A stretch of DNA of 64,000 nt from a virus. Lineage: Duplodnaviria; Caudoviricetes. The notes beneath the pieces are model-generated. The model did not search any database. It saw only the letters and a list, made by a program, of their open reading frames with translations, and was not told where the DNA came from. The position numbers were made by a program, and so were the translations under genes. The stretch lies in the IMG/VR virus record IMGVR_UViG_3300012979_000034, positions 1 to 64,000 of that record. One strand, written 5' to 3'. Below, in pieces: positions 9,433 through 18,136 of this stretch (positions are counted from its first letter, which is position 1; every line of letters starts with the position of its first letter).

Positions 9433-9742
9433 GTAGATAACTTTTTCTCATATCCTCTAATTCATTATAATCTATTTCTTCCAACTCTTGCATAACATAA
9501 TAGTTATATGCTAATACATAAGTGAACATAAATATTTTATTTAGACTTGGAACTTTATATATCCCAACATCATTTCCGGATATAGTCTCTTTAGTGAATA
9601 TAGCTTTACCATCAGTATAAACAGGGCATGAAAGGAGGATTTGATAACCCTCCTTTATTTTATAGGTATACCCGTGCATATCCTTTGCTATATTACCCAG
9701 GTATTTCTTGCCTGAACCTTTTTGTCTTGTTTTCTTCGGCAT
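9410..9742 (-). CDS. hypothetical protein (110 aa)
   Basis: ORF track; packed with its neighbours. Confidence 0.65.
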   Translation of the reverse strand: MPKKTRQKGSGKKYLGNIAKDMHGYTYKIKEGYQILLSCPVYTDGKAIFTKETISGNDVGIYKVPSLNKIFMFTYVLAYNYYVMQELEEIDYNELEDMRKSYLHGNIYHA

Positions 9743-10098
9743 AATATATTATTATTTTCTCTACGTTTAATGATTACCTTGATCCTTTTAGCTTCTTCTG
9801 GATATAATTCAGCTCTTACAGTACATACCTTTTGAGCAAAGAAAGCATTCCATAAGCCTTTGGTCAACGGGTCACCGATTTTAATATTTGAGATTTCCAT
9901 AAACTTTTGGTAAAAAGCCTCTACTATCTCTTTAAATTTATACAAGGGCAATGTTTTAGATACAACCTCATAACCATTATCGGGATTATAAATAGTTTCC
10001 CTAAATTCTTCACCTAAGTGATCAATAAATTGTTGACGTTTAAATTGATAGTTAGGTTGGTCCATTTTAAACTTTTTAACGTATTCTAGTGCGTTCAT
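9688..10098 (-). CDS. hypothetical protein (136 aa)
   Basis: ORF track. Confidence 0.75.
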   Translation of the reverse strand: MNALEYVKKFKMDQPNYQFKRQQFIDHLGEEFRETIYNPDNGYEVVSKTLPLYKFKEIVEAFYQKFMEISNIKIGDPLTKGLWNAFFAQKVCTVRAELYPEEAKRIKVIIKRRENNNILCRRKQDKKVQARNTWVI

Positions 10099-10142
10099 AG
10101 TTAATTTATCATTAATTATATTTGAGATATAGTGAAGTATTA

Positions 10143-10529
10143 CTAGACAACTTGAAATAGGTAACCTCTATGATCATCCTCATAGTATGAGGACCATATA
10201 GCATTTTTGAACCTGTATTTATCCAGGTCAGGTGTACCTAAAGATATTCCAGTTATGTATAGCCTATCGGTTCCTTTAGTAGGTTTATTTATATCCATAG
10301 TGAAAGAAGAATCATAGATACTTAATTCCCCGTATAGCATAATATCTGGGAGACGGTCTTGTTGGGATTCCCTTTGTGGTTCACATAGCATAGTAGGGAA
10401 GCCTACGTCTACGATATCTAATTCATCGAAGGTAGTAGTATCAGGTAATCTTTTAAGATTGAAGCCCTTCTTGTAGAAAATCAGTTTTGATTTACCGATA
10501 AATAAGTTTTTGACTAAACGTTTATACAT
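10143..10529 (-). CDS. hypothetical protein (128 aa)
   Basis: ORF track. Confidence 0.75.
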   Translation of the reverse strand: MYKRLVKNLFIGKSKLIFYKKGFNLKRLPDTTTFDELDIVDVGFPTMLCEPQRESQQDRLPDIMLYGELSIYDSSFTMDINKPTKGTDRLYITGISLGTPDLDKYRFKNAIWSSYYEDDHRGYLFQVV

Positions 10530-10533
10530 GGTG

Positions 10534-10773
10534 TTATATTATTATTATGTAGACATAACCGTGACTAGTATATAGATCTTTAGCATAGTCGGATATTGGT
10601 GAATCCATTATAGTACCCTTATATTTATAAGGTATTGGACTAAGCTTATTCAGGAATTGTTCAAATTCACTGCGGTATGTAAAGATAAAAGGTCTATCTT
10701 TTTTTTCTTGGTTTTCTTTTACGTATTTTCTTTCCATGATATGTGTAATTTGAGACTGTGTCGAGAATATCAA
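10534..10773 (-). CDS. hypothetical protein (start may be 10737)
   Basis: ORF track. Confidence 0.55.
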   Translation of the reverse strand: MIFSTQSQITHIMERKYVKENQEKKDRPFIFTYRSEFEQFLNKLSPIPYKYKGTIMDSPISDYAKDLYTSHGYVYIIII

Positions 10774-10993
10774 GTACTAAAGCTTTGATGAATATATTAG
10801 TTGGTAAGAAAAAATATGAGGTAATATTTTTTTCGTTAACGTACATGTCATAAAGCTTAAAGAACTTGTTCCTGGTTTTAACTTTGATACTCTTTTGAAC
10901 TAGATAGGTTTTAATACATCGTTTATGTAATTCGACCATAGCTTTACGGTCTTTTTCTAGTTCTTTATCTGAAAATACTTTGTACTTTGGCAT
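10694..10993 (-). CDS. basic hypothetical protein (99 aa)
   Basis: ORF track. Confidence 0.7.
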   Translation of the reverse strand: MPKYKVFSDKELEKDRKAMVELHKRCIKTYLVQKSIKVKTRNKFFKLYDMYVNEKNITSYFFLPTNIFIKALVLDILDTVSNYTYHGKKIRKRKPRKKR

Positions 10994-11015
10994 GACTTAG
11001 AATAAAAATAGACAA

Positions 11016-11043
11016 GGGGTTCCCAGGTAACCCCAGGAACCCC
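11016..11043 (-). terminator. intrinsic terminator
   Basis: GGGGTTCC...GGAACCCC stem followed on the minus strand by ttgtctattttt. Confidence 0.65.
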
Positions 11044-11065
11044 ATATCTGGTAGGGGTAAATGTT

Positions 11066-11554
11066 TTATGCAACCTGACCAGGTTTTAAGACCTTCTTCT
11101 GGTAATCGGTGAATTCCTTCTGAGCCTTCTTGAACTCCTTAGAGTTGTGATCCTGAATGCGCATCATCTGAAGCTCTAAGCGATGGAGTTCAGTTCTAGT
11201 CTTTGCCCTCCAGGTTTTGCGAGCAAGCGTATCGGTTATATCTGCAGGATAGAGATATTTTACCTCCCTGCGAGAAGTAACGTTTTCGATAATAGAAGCC
11301 TTCTGAGCAGCAGTGGTTTCGGAAATTACCTTTTCCTTCTTGGTCTTCTTAGCCTTAGGAGCAGCAGAAGTTTCCTTTGAGGTTTCCTTCCTTTTGAGAG
11401 TAACCTTCTTTGGCTTAGACTCAGAAGTGGGAGTAGCAGTAGCCTCTTCGTTAGAGTTTTCAACTGAAGCATTGTTGATAGCTTCCTTAGCAACAGCAAC
11501 TGCATTAGCAGCAGCATCGGCAACGAGTGCCTGGAGTTTGTTTGTCTTTTTCAT
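11066..11554 (-). CDS. Lys/Ala-rich protein with C-terminal KYxYP motif (162 aa)
   Basis: low-complexity basic middle; EVKYLYP...RKTWRAKTR. Confidence 0.8.
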   Translation of the reverse strand: MKKTNKLQALVADAAANAVAVAKEAINNASVENSNEEATATPTSESKPKKVTLKRKETSKETSAAPKAKKTKKEKVISETTAAQKASIIENVTSRREVKYLYPADITDTLARKTWRAKTRTELHRLELQMMRIQDHNSKEFKKAQKEFTDYQKKVLKPGQVA

Positions 11555-11610
11555 ACGACTAAATAAATTAATTAAATAATGTAAAACAATGTATTTTAAA
11601 ATTCACATTG

Positions 11611-11642
11611 CAAAAATAATACATATATTTTAAAAATGCAAG
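11611..11642 (-). promoter_or_regulatory. Bacteroidota primary-sigma promoter
   Basis: CTTG-N20-TATTTTTG (one -33 mismatch). Confidence 0.7.
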
Positions 11643-11753
11643 TATTTTATAAAAAATCTCTCAAAATAATGCTGGGAAAGCTAGGCAGACTACCCAAAGT
11701 CCCCGAAAGTGCAATGCCTGGTTTGCAAATTGGTAAGCTTTTGATATAACGCT

Positions 11754-11765
11754 GGCCATTAAAGG
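11754..11765. promoter_or_regulatory. GGCCATTAANGG putative operator
   Basis: GGCCATTAAAGG about 110 nt upstream of the 11611 promoter. Confidence 0.55.
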
Positions 11766-11775
11766 AATTAAGAGT

Positions 11776-12240
11776 TTAATACCCATATATTTGGGTACCT
11801 CTTATATTATTTCTCTTTATATATCTATATAGGTCCTCTATATCACCTATTAGCTCTTCTGAATCAAATTCATAATGAATAGCTCCATCCTCATAATTTT
11901 CCCGGCGAACCCTATAAAAATTACCATCAATCTGTTCTATTTCCCAATACTCATCTTCTGCTTTAGAGATAACATTTAGAGTATAGTGATAAACCGGTTT
12001 CTCTTCCTTAACCTTGGGTTTTCTCGGAAAACTGTTAATTAAACTGTCATCTATGCCTGATAGTCCGCTTATTACATTATTGGTATGTTTGGTACTATCA
12101 ACCTTAACAACAGGAGTAGGCAATGCCCTACCCTGATATTGGAGATAATTCCAATAACCAGGGATAAGAACAATGCCTACCAAAGCAGGAGCAATGTAAT
12201 TAATGTTCAAATACTTTTTAATCGAGAACATAAGCTTCAT
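11776..12240 (-). CDS. hypothetical protein with N-terminal membrane anchor (154 aa)
   Basis: hydrophobic YIAPALVGIVLIPGYW segment. Confidence 0.7.
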   Translation of the reverse strand: MKLMFSIKKYLNINYIAPALVGIVLIPGYWNYLQYQGRALPTPVVKVDSTKHTNNVISGLSGIDDSLINSFPRKPKVKEEKPVYHYTLNVISKAEDEYWEIEQIDGNFYRVRRENYEDGAIHYEFDSEELIGDIEDLYRYIKRNNIRGTQIYGY

Positions 12241-12484
12241 ACTTTACCTTAGTTTTAACGAGGTTAGCGTTTACCCAGCGCCCTTTTGATTCAGCTTTAT
12301 CTAAATCCTCCTTTTGGGCTTTGGTTATGCCAAAGTATTTATATACCTTTTGCCCTTTAAAGGCTATCCAAAGGATTTTACTTGGTTTATCATAACCGTA
12401 ACCAGCTATATTAGAAGATTCACAGGCAGTAAATTCAATGCCTAGCTCTTTCTCTAGTATTTTTAAATATTCTTTAGTTTCCAT
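12218..12484 (-). CDS. KTSC-domain protein
   Basis: SSNIxxxGYD...LWIAF...YKY..I....L..AESKGRWVN matches the KTSC pattern. Confidence 0.85.
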   Translation of the reverse strand: METKEYLKILEKELGIEFTACESSNIAGYGYDKPSKILWIAFKGQKVYKYFGITKAQKEDLDKAESKGRWVNANLVKTKVKYEAYVLD

Positions 12485-12485
12485 A

Positions 12486-12851
12486 TCAGATAATTAAAGT
12501 GAATTCTGGATGATACTTTATATTTGCTTCCCTAATAGCATCCCAAGCACCTACTACTCCATTTGGGTTTAAACTAATCCATTCATCTTCCATTTTGAAT
12601 AATATGTGACTACATAACATCAATTGATATTCAGATAACATAGCTATTGTAGTTGGCATATCAAGTAAATCCTGATAAATGTGTAAATGAGCATCAATAC
12701 TTTCATCTACTTCATCATTTGTAATCTGCAATAGCTTAGATATTAAGTTATACCTATCATGATCCCTATCCCAGTCAGTTTTTAGCCTATTAAGAGCTTC
12801 AATCTGAATTTCGGCTATAAGCCGAATTACATCTTTTGTATATTTATCCAT
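12486..12851 (-). CDS. hypothetical protein (121 aa)
   Basis: ORF track. Confidence 0.8.
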   Translation of the reverse strand: MDKYTKDVIRLIAEIQIEALNRLKTDWDRDHDRYNLISKLLQITNDEVDESIDAHLHIYQDLLDMPTTIAMLSEYQLMLCSHILFKMEDEWISLNPNGVVGAWDAIREANIKYHPEFTLII

Positions 12852-12899
12852 ATTTCTTATTATAATATTTGATTAATATATCATTTGACCAGGAAAGTT

Positions 12900-13769
12900 C
12901 TACTCAGCATTTGATTTATTTCCTCTAGCAATAGCTTCTTCAATCTTAGGTTTTATAGAATCTGGGAATATTACATCCCTTACCCATCTCATAAAGAATT
13001 TTGAAGGCTTTTTAGTATCATTCAAGAGTAATTGTCTTTGTTCAAATGAGAACTTTAACCTTTCATCCTCTTGCATATACTTAGGGAATTTTGTAAACTC
13101 TACAGTATTAAATGATAAAGCTTTCTTACCAGATTTTACTCTTATTGGTTTCTTCCTATCCTTATATAGGTATGGTACTACCTTATTGGAAGCTGGTCTT
13201 AATATGTTGAACCCAAATAATATCATTGGATCAAACTTATCAGTCTTAGGGTCTTTCCCTCTTTTAATGCACCTTATCATCCAAGACATAGAATCTAAAT
13301 ACTGCTTATTTTCTGTAGGCTTACCTATATCTTTAGGATCAAACGGAAAATCTTTAAAGTAATATAATAAATCCTCAGTTAGTATAAATACAAATCCGAG
13401 ATCCCTTAGATATTTAATTACATCGGTTTGATTTTTACCATCATTAACCATGTTTTCTACTGCTAACAGTATATCTTCTCTTGGTGATTCAGATAATTGT
13501 GGAGAACTGCCATTTGAAGGTCTACCTCTACCAACACTTGGTGCTTTTATAGGTAAGTTACCAACTAACTGATCTATATACTTCTTAAAATTCTCTACAT
13601 CCAGATTATTAGTAAGAGTTACTTCTAGTCTTATCGGACCTTTATGTTGAAACTTTGGACCATTGTAAAATTCTGCTTGTGTTTCTACTAACCTGTCATT
13701 TATAACAGCCCCATTGTCATTTAAAGTAGTAACCCTTAATTTAGGTTTGAATACTATCTCTTCTTCCAT
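12900..13769 (-). CDS. hypothetical protein (289 aa)
   Basis: long ORF. Confidence 0.85.
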   Translation of the reverse strand: MEEEIVFKPKLRVTTLNDNGAVINDRLVETQAEFYNGPKFQHKGPIRLEVTLTNNLDVENFKKYIDQLVGNLPIKAPSVGRGRPSNGSSPQLSESPREDILLAVENMVNDGKNQTDVIKYLRDLGFVFILTEDLLYYFKDFPFDPKDIGKPTENKQYLDSMSWMIRCIKRGKDPKTDKFDPMILFGFNILRPASNKVVPYLYKDRKKPIRVKSGKKALSFNTVEFTKFPKYMQEDERLKFSFEQRQLLLNDTKKPSKFFMRWVRDVIFPDSIKPKIEEAIARGNKSNAE

Positions 13770-13793
13770 AACTAATTATAAATAAATCAACAA

Positions 13794-13825
13794 GGGGCTG
13801 GAAAATTCTTAGTTTATCCAGCCCC
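13794..13825 (-). terminator. intrinsic terminator
   Basis: GGGGCTGGA...TCCAGCCCC stem, T-rich tail on the minus strand. Confidence 0.6.
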
Positions 13826-13860
13826 TACACCTAATAAATAACCAAACTGAAATTAAACAA

Positions 13861-14430
13861 TTAATCTTCCTCCTTCATAGCTTTCTTAGCCTTAGCTTTC
13901 TTAGCCACTTTGGGAGTTTCTTCATTTTTCTTACTAGAGCCCTTTACCTTCTTAACATTTCCACTTGCTTTTTCTGCAGCCTTAGTTGACTTATTTGCTG
14001 TAGGGTTAGCAGCTAACTTTCTCTGTTCAGCTCTGTACTTCTTCTTTTCAGCAGAATTCATCTCCCTGCCATCAATCAAAGGGTAATCATACTTAGAAGA
14101 TACCTTTCTAGCCGGTTTACTATCTTCTGAACTTGCAGATTTCTTTACCTTCTTTTCAATACCATTAGCAATGGTTTCAGCCTTCTTCTGTAAACGTTTC
14201 ATCTGTTTAGGATCCGACTCTGGGTATTTAGCTGCAGCCTTATCACGTTCCTGATTTAACTTCTTTACTAGCTTGGTTACCTGCTTACCATGTGTTTTAT
14301 CCTTAGACCAATCCTTTGTAGGGTCTAGGTGATTTTCCTTAAGATAATTCTCAAGAGCAGTTTTAGCAGCTGCCAATTCTGGAGTTTTGTTTACTGGCTT
14401 CTCAGTAGCCTTTTCTTTCTTCTTTACCAT
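13861..14430 (-). CDS. Lys-rich protein with KYxYP motif (189 aa)
   Basis: very basic; SKYDYP...KKKYRAEQR. Confidence 0.8.
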   Translation of the reverse strand: MVKKKEKATEKPVNKTPELAAAKTALENYLKENHLDPTKDWSKDKTHGKQVTKLVKKLNQERDKAAAKYPESDPKQMKRLQKKAETIANGIEKKVKKSASSEDSKPARKVSSKYDYPLIDGREMNSAEKKKYRAEQRKLAANPTANKSTKAAEKASGNVKKVKGSSKKNEETPKVAKKAKAKKAMKEED

Positions 14431-14484
14431 AAGTTTACTTGTTTTATGTTTATTAAATCTACCTGTAAAAGTGTTTACAATTGA

Positions 14485-14859
14485 TTATAGTTCATCCCTA
14501 AAAAGAAAAGTTTGGATCTCCTTAATTTCTAGGATTTTTACTTCATAGCCATTGAGTTTAAAGATTTCTGGTAATATAACTGAAGCCTCATATTTAGATA
14601 GATTGGTTAACCTAGCATATTTCTTTATACCTTCATATTCATAAGATATTTCTAAGATACTGGATAACATAGTATCATTTAAATCATCTAACTTAGCTTT
14701 TATATTACGTCTTATTTGACGGGCTTCTATATCTAAAGGTTGAGCTTTACCAGGTTTCCCAATTTTTCTAAAATTTGAAGCCATATTCTTTATACACTCA
14801 TATCTACCGAATAGATTAGATATGGTAGATAACCTAGTCATCAATCCTTCTTTTGCCAT
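14485..14859 (-). CDS. hypothetical protein (124 aa)
   Basis: ORF track. Confidence 0.7.
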   Translation of the reverse strand: MAKEGLMTRLSTISNLFGRYECIKNMASNFRKIGKPGKAQPLDIEARQIRRNIKAKLDDLNDTMLSSILEISYEYEGIKKYARLTNLSKYEASVILPEIFKLNGYEVKILEIKEIQTFLFRDEL

Positions 14860-15074
14860 TTTGGTCTTTTAATAGTGGTGTCTTCTTTAGGTAAGATATC
14901 GGTAAGACTTTCCATAATATCATTAGCATATAATACCAAATTATTCAAATAATCTGCTTCCTCAGGATTTTTGGTATTCTCTAGTTTCTCTAAACTAAGA
15001 TTAATTAGATTATCTAATGCAATAATAACTACGGAAATCTTGATAATATCATCTTGGTCCATATTTATAAACAT
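14841..15074 (-). CDS. hypothetical protein (77 aa)
   Basis: ORF track. Confidence 0.65.
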   Translation of the reverse strand: MFINMDQDDIIKISVVIIALDNLINLSLEKLENTKNPEEADYLNNLVLYANDIMESLTDILPKEDTTIKRPKWQKKD

Positions 15075-15079
15075 AATTA

Positions 15080-15103
15080 AAGGGGATTAAGAATAATCCC
15101 CTT
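15080..15103 (-). terminator. intrinsic terminator
   Basis: AAGGGGATTA-agaa-TAATCCCCTT. Confidence 0.6.
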
Positions 15104-15146
15104 AAAATCAATAGGTATAAATCATGGGTTATTTAACTAATTAAGC

Positions 15147-15533
15147 TTAATCCTCATCATCCTCAGTTTCTTCTGCCTCACCAGCTTTTTTAACCTTTGG
15201 AGCACAAATAGTACCGTGATTCTTCTTAGACTTTACAGTTAAGTTACCAGGGATAAAAGATACTGAAGTACCAGTGATCTCTCCATTGTGCATAGCCACT
15301 GAAGTAACTACTACACCTACATGAGCTGATTTCTGCTTGATAGCATAGCCATAATTCTTAACCAAATTACCATCACCCAGGTCGATAACATCAATCTGTT
15401 TAGAATTAGTTCTTTGCTCAGCTGGGCGATTCTTTAGAGCTTCCATACGAGCTGCACGTTTTGCAGCTTTTTCTGCAGCCTTAACATCCTTAGCAGGAGC
15501 TGCAGCCTTAGTTTTGGTTTTTTTCTTTGCCAT
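15147..15533 (-). CDS. hypothetical protein, basic N-terminus and acidic tail (128 aa)
   Basis: ORF track. Confidence 0.8.
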   Translation of the reverse strand: MAKKKTKTKAAAPAKDVKAAEKAAKRAARMEALKNRPAEQRTNSKQIDVIDLGDGNLVKNYGYAIKQKSAHVGVVVTSVAMHNGEITGTSVSFIPGNLTVKSKKNHGTICAPKVKKAGEAEETEDDED

Positions 15534-15587
15534 AATGATATTAATTAAAAAATGAAATTAAATAAAGGTTTGTAAACTGTTATAGTA

Positions 15588-15643
15588 ACTAACGAAGAGT
15601 ATTAGGAGTTTTATTTCAATATAAGCCGATACTCTTCGTTAGT
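15588..15643. other. perfect 15-bp inverted repeat (intergenic stem-loop)
   Basis: ACTAACGAAGAGTAT...ATACTCTTCGTTAGT, 26-nt loop. Confidence 0.8.
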
Positions 15644-15661
15644 AAAACTGCTGAAAATGAA

Positions 15662-16198
15662 TTACTTCTTAGCCTTCTTTGATTCCTTCTTAGCTTTTGG
15701 TAAAGTAATACCTAATTCTTTAGCAATAGCCTTTCTAAGCTTTTCGATATCATCCTCATCGTAATCATCAGGATCAACATCCAAATCCTTGTCATCGCAT
15801 ACATCCTCGAGTTCTTCGAAATCCATTTCAGCCAAAGCCTCAGGAGTTAATTCCTCTTCTTCATCCTCATCTTCATCTTCATCTTCATCGTCGGAATCTT
15901 CCTCTTCTTCATCCTCATCCTCATCGTCCTCTTCTTCCTCTTCATCTTCGGAATCCTCTTCCTCCTCATCTTCATCTTCATCGTCAGAATCATCCTCATC
16001 CTCTTCAGCTTCTTCCTCATCCTCATCATCCTCATCGTCTGAAGAGAATAATTCAGCTGCTTGCTCAGCCGTTAATTTAATAGGAGCAGGGATAATAGTA
16101 ACAGAACCATCTTCATAGGTGATAATGATTACACCGTTAAGTTCTTTACGGGAAACTTCTTTCAGTTCCTTTTGGTTTGATTTTTTTGTTCTAGCCAT
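15662..16198 (-). CDS. highly acidic protein with long Asp/Glu tract (178 aa)
   Basis: about 60-residue D/E tract between two short folded segments. Confidence 0.85.
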   Translation of the reverse strand: MARTKKSNQKELKEVSRKELNGVIIITYEDGSVTIIPAPIKLTAEQAAELFSSDDEDDEDEEEAEEDEDDSDDEDEDEEEEDSEDEEEEEDDEDEDEEEEDSDDEDEDEDEDEEEELTPEALAEMDFEELEDVCDDKDLDVDPDDYDEDDIEKLRKAIAKELGITLPKAKKESKKAKK

Positions 16199-16227
16199 TT
16201 TGAAATTGTTTTAAAATTAAACATATA

Positions 16228-16443
16228 TTAAATAACTCTAATAATCCTTTGTGATAGATTATCTTCCTTGTGTTCATTATTATATTGAATTACCTCTCCT
16301 AGAATGGTATGAAATTCATCTTTAGACTTTATATATAAAGCCTTTTCTTGAATAACATCCATCTTGTCTAAGGTTAATATTTTAAAATTACCGGTAAAAC
16401 CCATTTCGGTAGGGTATTTTACATTAAGCTCAAATTTACTCAT
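16228..16443 (-). CDS. hypothetical protein (71 aa)
   Basis: ORF track, coupled overlap. Confidence 0.65.
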   Translation of the reverse strand: MSKFELNVKYPTEMGFTGNFKILTLDKMDVIQEKALYIKSKDEFHTILGEVIQYNNEHKEDNLSQRIIRVI

Positions 16444-16975
16444 TGCTATATTGATATTTTATTAAGCCTGGTATACCAATTAATCCCAAATAATTAATAT
16501 AATATGGATATTTACCTCTTCGCAAAGTACTATAGTCATCAGAAAATTTCATTGGGTAGATGTAAAATTTTCCTTCTATCCGTCTATTAGTTCTAAAATA
16601 CCCATATCTACTATTGAGTTTAAAGTCTTCCATAGGTACAAAACCCTGAAAAACTAGTTCTTTTACAATATACTTATCAGCCTTAAATTGTGAAGAATAT
16701 ATACCATTTTTTATAATAAAATCCCTATAAAGGTTTATTAGCCTTGGGCATAGTTCTTCAGCTTGTTTAAAATATGCTTTATTAAAGCTCTTATTAGATT
16801 TTTTAAATAAGTGTAGAGCTATGGACCTAATTAAAGGTGGATAACTATACTTATATTTATTGAAAATCTTCTGGTCTGAATCCTTTAGATGCCCATATAT
16901 CCGATACGATAGCCCTAAGGATCTTACCTTTCTTTTTGACAAAATAATGTCCTGGAAAACTTGGTCTATAGCCAT
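16436..16975 (-). CDS. hypothetical basic protein (start uncertain)
   Basis: ORF; 119-nt overlap with the upstream gene. Confidence 0.65.
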   Translation of the reverse strand: MAIDQVFQDIILSKRKVRSLGLSYRIYGHLKDSDQKIFNKYKYSYPPLIRSIALHLFKKSNKSFNKAYFKQAEELCPRLINLYRDFIIKNGIYSSQFKADKYIVKELVFQGFVPMEDFKLNSRYGYFRTNRRIEGKFYIYPMKFSDDYSTLRRGKYPYYINYLGLIGIPGLIKYQYSNE

Positions 16976-17420
16976 AAAAATATTTCTTATATTTTTTATT
17001 AAAAGCCTTTACTCCAGATTTTTCTGCTGTCTTTACTAGGTAAACTATAAAATGTCTCCTACGATGTGAATCATATTTAAACTCTTGAGGATACACCCAT
17101 CTCCTTACATGTTTAGGTTCACCCTTGAAGAATATATATTCTGAGTACTTTTTTGGTACAGTAGTAATACCCTGGTTTATCAACCTACTACCTTTAACAA
17201 TATGGATATATAATTTAACATCTACACCCAAATCATTTATAAGTACATGTTTAGCATGATACCTTGAGTAAAAACCAACACCGCAGTAGTGTTTTTTATA
17301 CATGGAGTACTCAGTTACCTTATCATGATTCTTCCAATATTTATCAGGCCTATATGTCCAAATATAATATAAATCCTTATATATAATTGTGTTATCTCTA
17401 TAAACCCTATAACCTTTCAT
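16857..17420 (-). CDS. hypothetical basic protein (187 aa)
   Basis: ORF, TAATG-coupled to the upstream gene. Confidence 0.75.
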   Translation of the reverse strand: MKGYRVYRDNTIIYKDLYYIWTYRPDKYWKNHDKVTEYSMYKKHYCGVGFYSRYHAKHVLINDLGVDVKLYIHIVKGSRLINQGITTVPKKYSEYIFFKGEPKHVRRWVYPQEFKYDSHRRRHFIVYLVKTAEKSGVKAFNKKYKKYFYGYRPSFPGHYFVKKKGKILRAIVSDIWASKGFRPEDFQ

Positions 17421-17983
17421 TACTTTACCTGAGTTTTTAAGGCAGCTTTATACCATAATCTTATGGATTTTTCATTAGCATCAGGAAATTTCTTTAATAC
17501 TCTCCTTTTGGTTCTCTCTAAATCAAATCCTTTTAAAGCACATTCCCAAGTATAACTTTTCTTAGTACCTTTATAATGACCTTGCTCATCTTTTTCTCTT
17601 TTAGGTTTCTTTTCCTTTTTGATACCTGGTACTCTTTTAGATTTACGAATACCTGATTCTTCATTTTCTACCTCTCCTAAAAAACCCAATCTTAATCTTG
17701 AACTTCTAACTGGATCTGTTGGAGGAATACCAGATTCTGATAGCATCTTATCTGCCCAATCATCATATTTATTAATTAAATCTAAATTAGGCTTATTATC
17801 AGTTTTTTGAATATAACTGATTAGGTCAAATACTCCAGCTTTTAAAGCATCTGGAAAAGGCATACCTAAGATAATAGCCTTTCTTTTTAAGTCTCTGTAA
17901 GTTAGATTAACTCCAGAACCAGCAAGGAATTTTACCTTGTCTGAGTTACCTGTAGGAGCATCTTTTTTTCTTTTTCTTGACAT
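17420..17983 (-). CDS. hypothetical basic protein, possible C-terminal DNA-binding helix bundle (187 aa)
   Basis: first gene after the 18071 promoter. Confidence 0.8.
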   Translation of the reverse strand: MSRKRKKDAPTGNSDKVKFLAGSGVNLTYRDLKRKAIILGMPFPDALKAGVFDLISYIQKTDNKPNLDLINKYDDWADKMLSESGIPPTDPVRSSRLRLGFLGEVENEESGIRKSKRVPGIKKEKKPKREKDEQGHYKGTKKSYTWECALKGFDLERTKRRVLKKFPDANEKSIRLWYKAALKTQVK

Positions 17984-18070
17984 GTTGTTTTGTTTTAGTT
18001 AATTAAACATAGTTCTAGCAGTTTTAATATAGCATGGTGAATCAAGATCCCTTTTATATTAAAATCAATG

Positions 18071-18102
18071 CAAATATAATGCTTTTATTTCATATATGCA
18101 AA
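18071..18102 (-). promoter_or_regulatory. Bacteroidota primary-sigma promoter
   Basis: TTTG-N20-TATATTTG. Confidence 0.75.
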
Positions 18103-18136
18103 TAATCCACTAGAATTTATGCAAATTTTTATGTGG

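Noticed and set aside
15789-16118. Poly-Ser plus-strand ORF and the Met/Arg/Lys ORF at 15847-16035
   Set aside because: Antisense and off-frame shadows of the GAT/GAA-rich acidic gene
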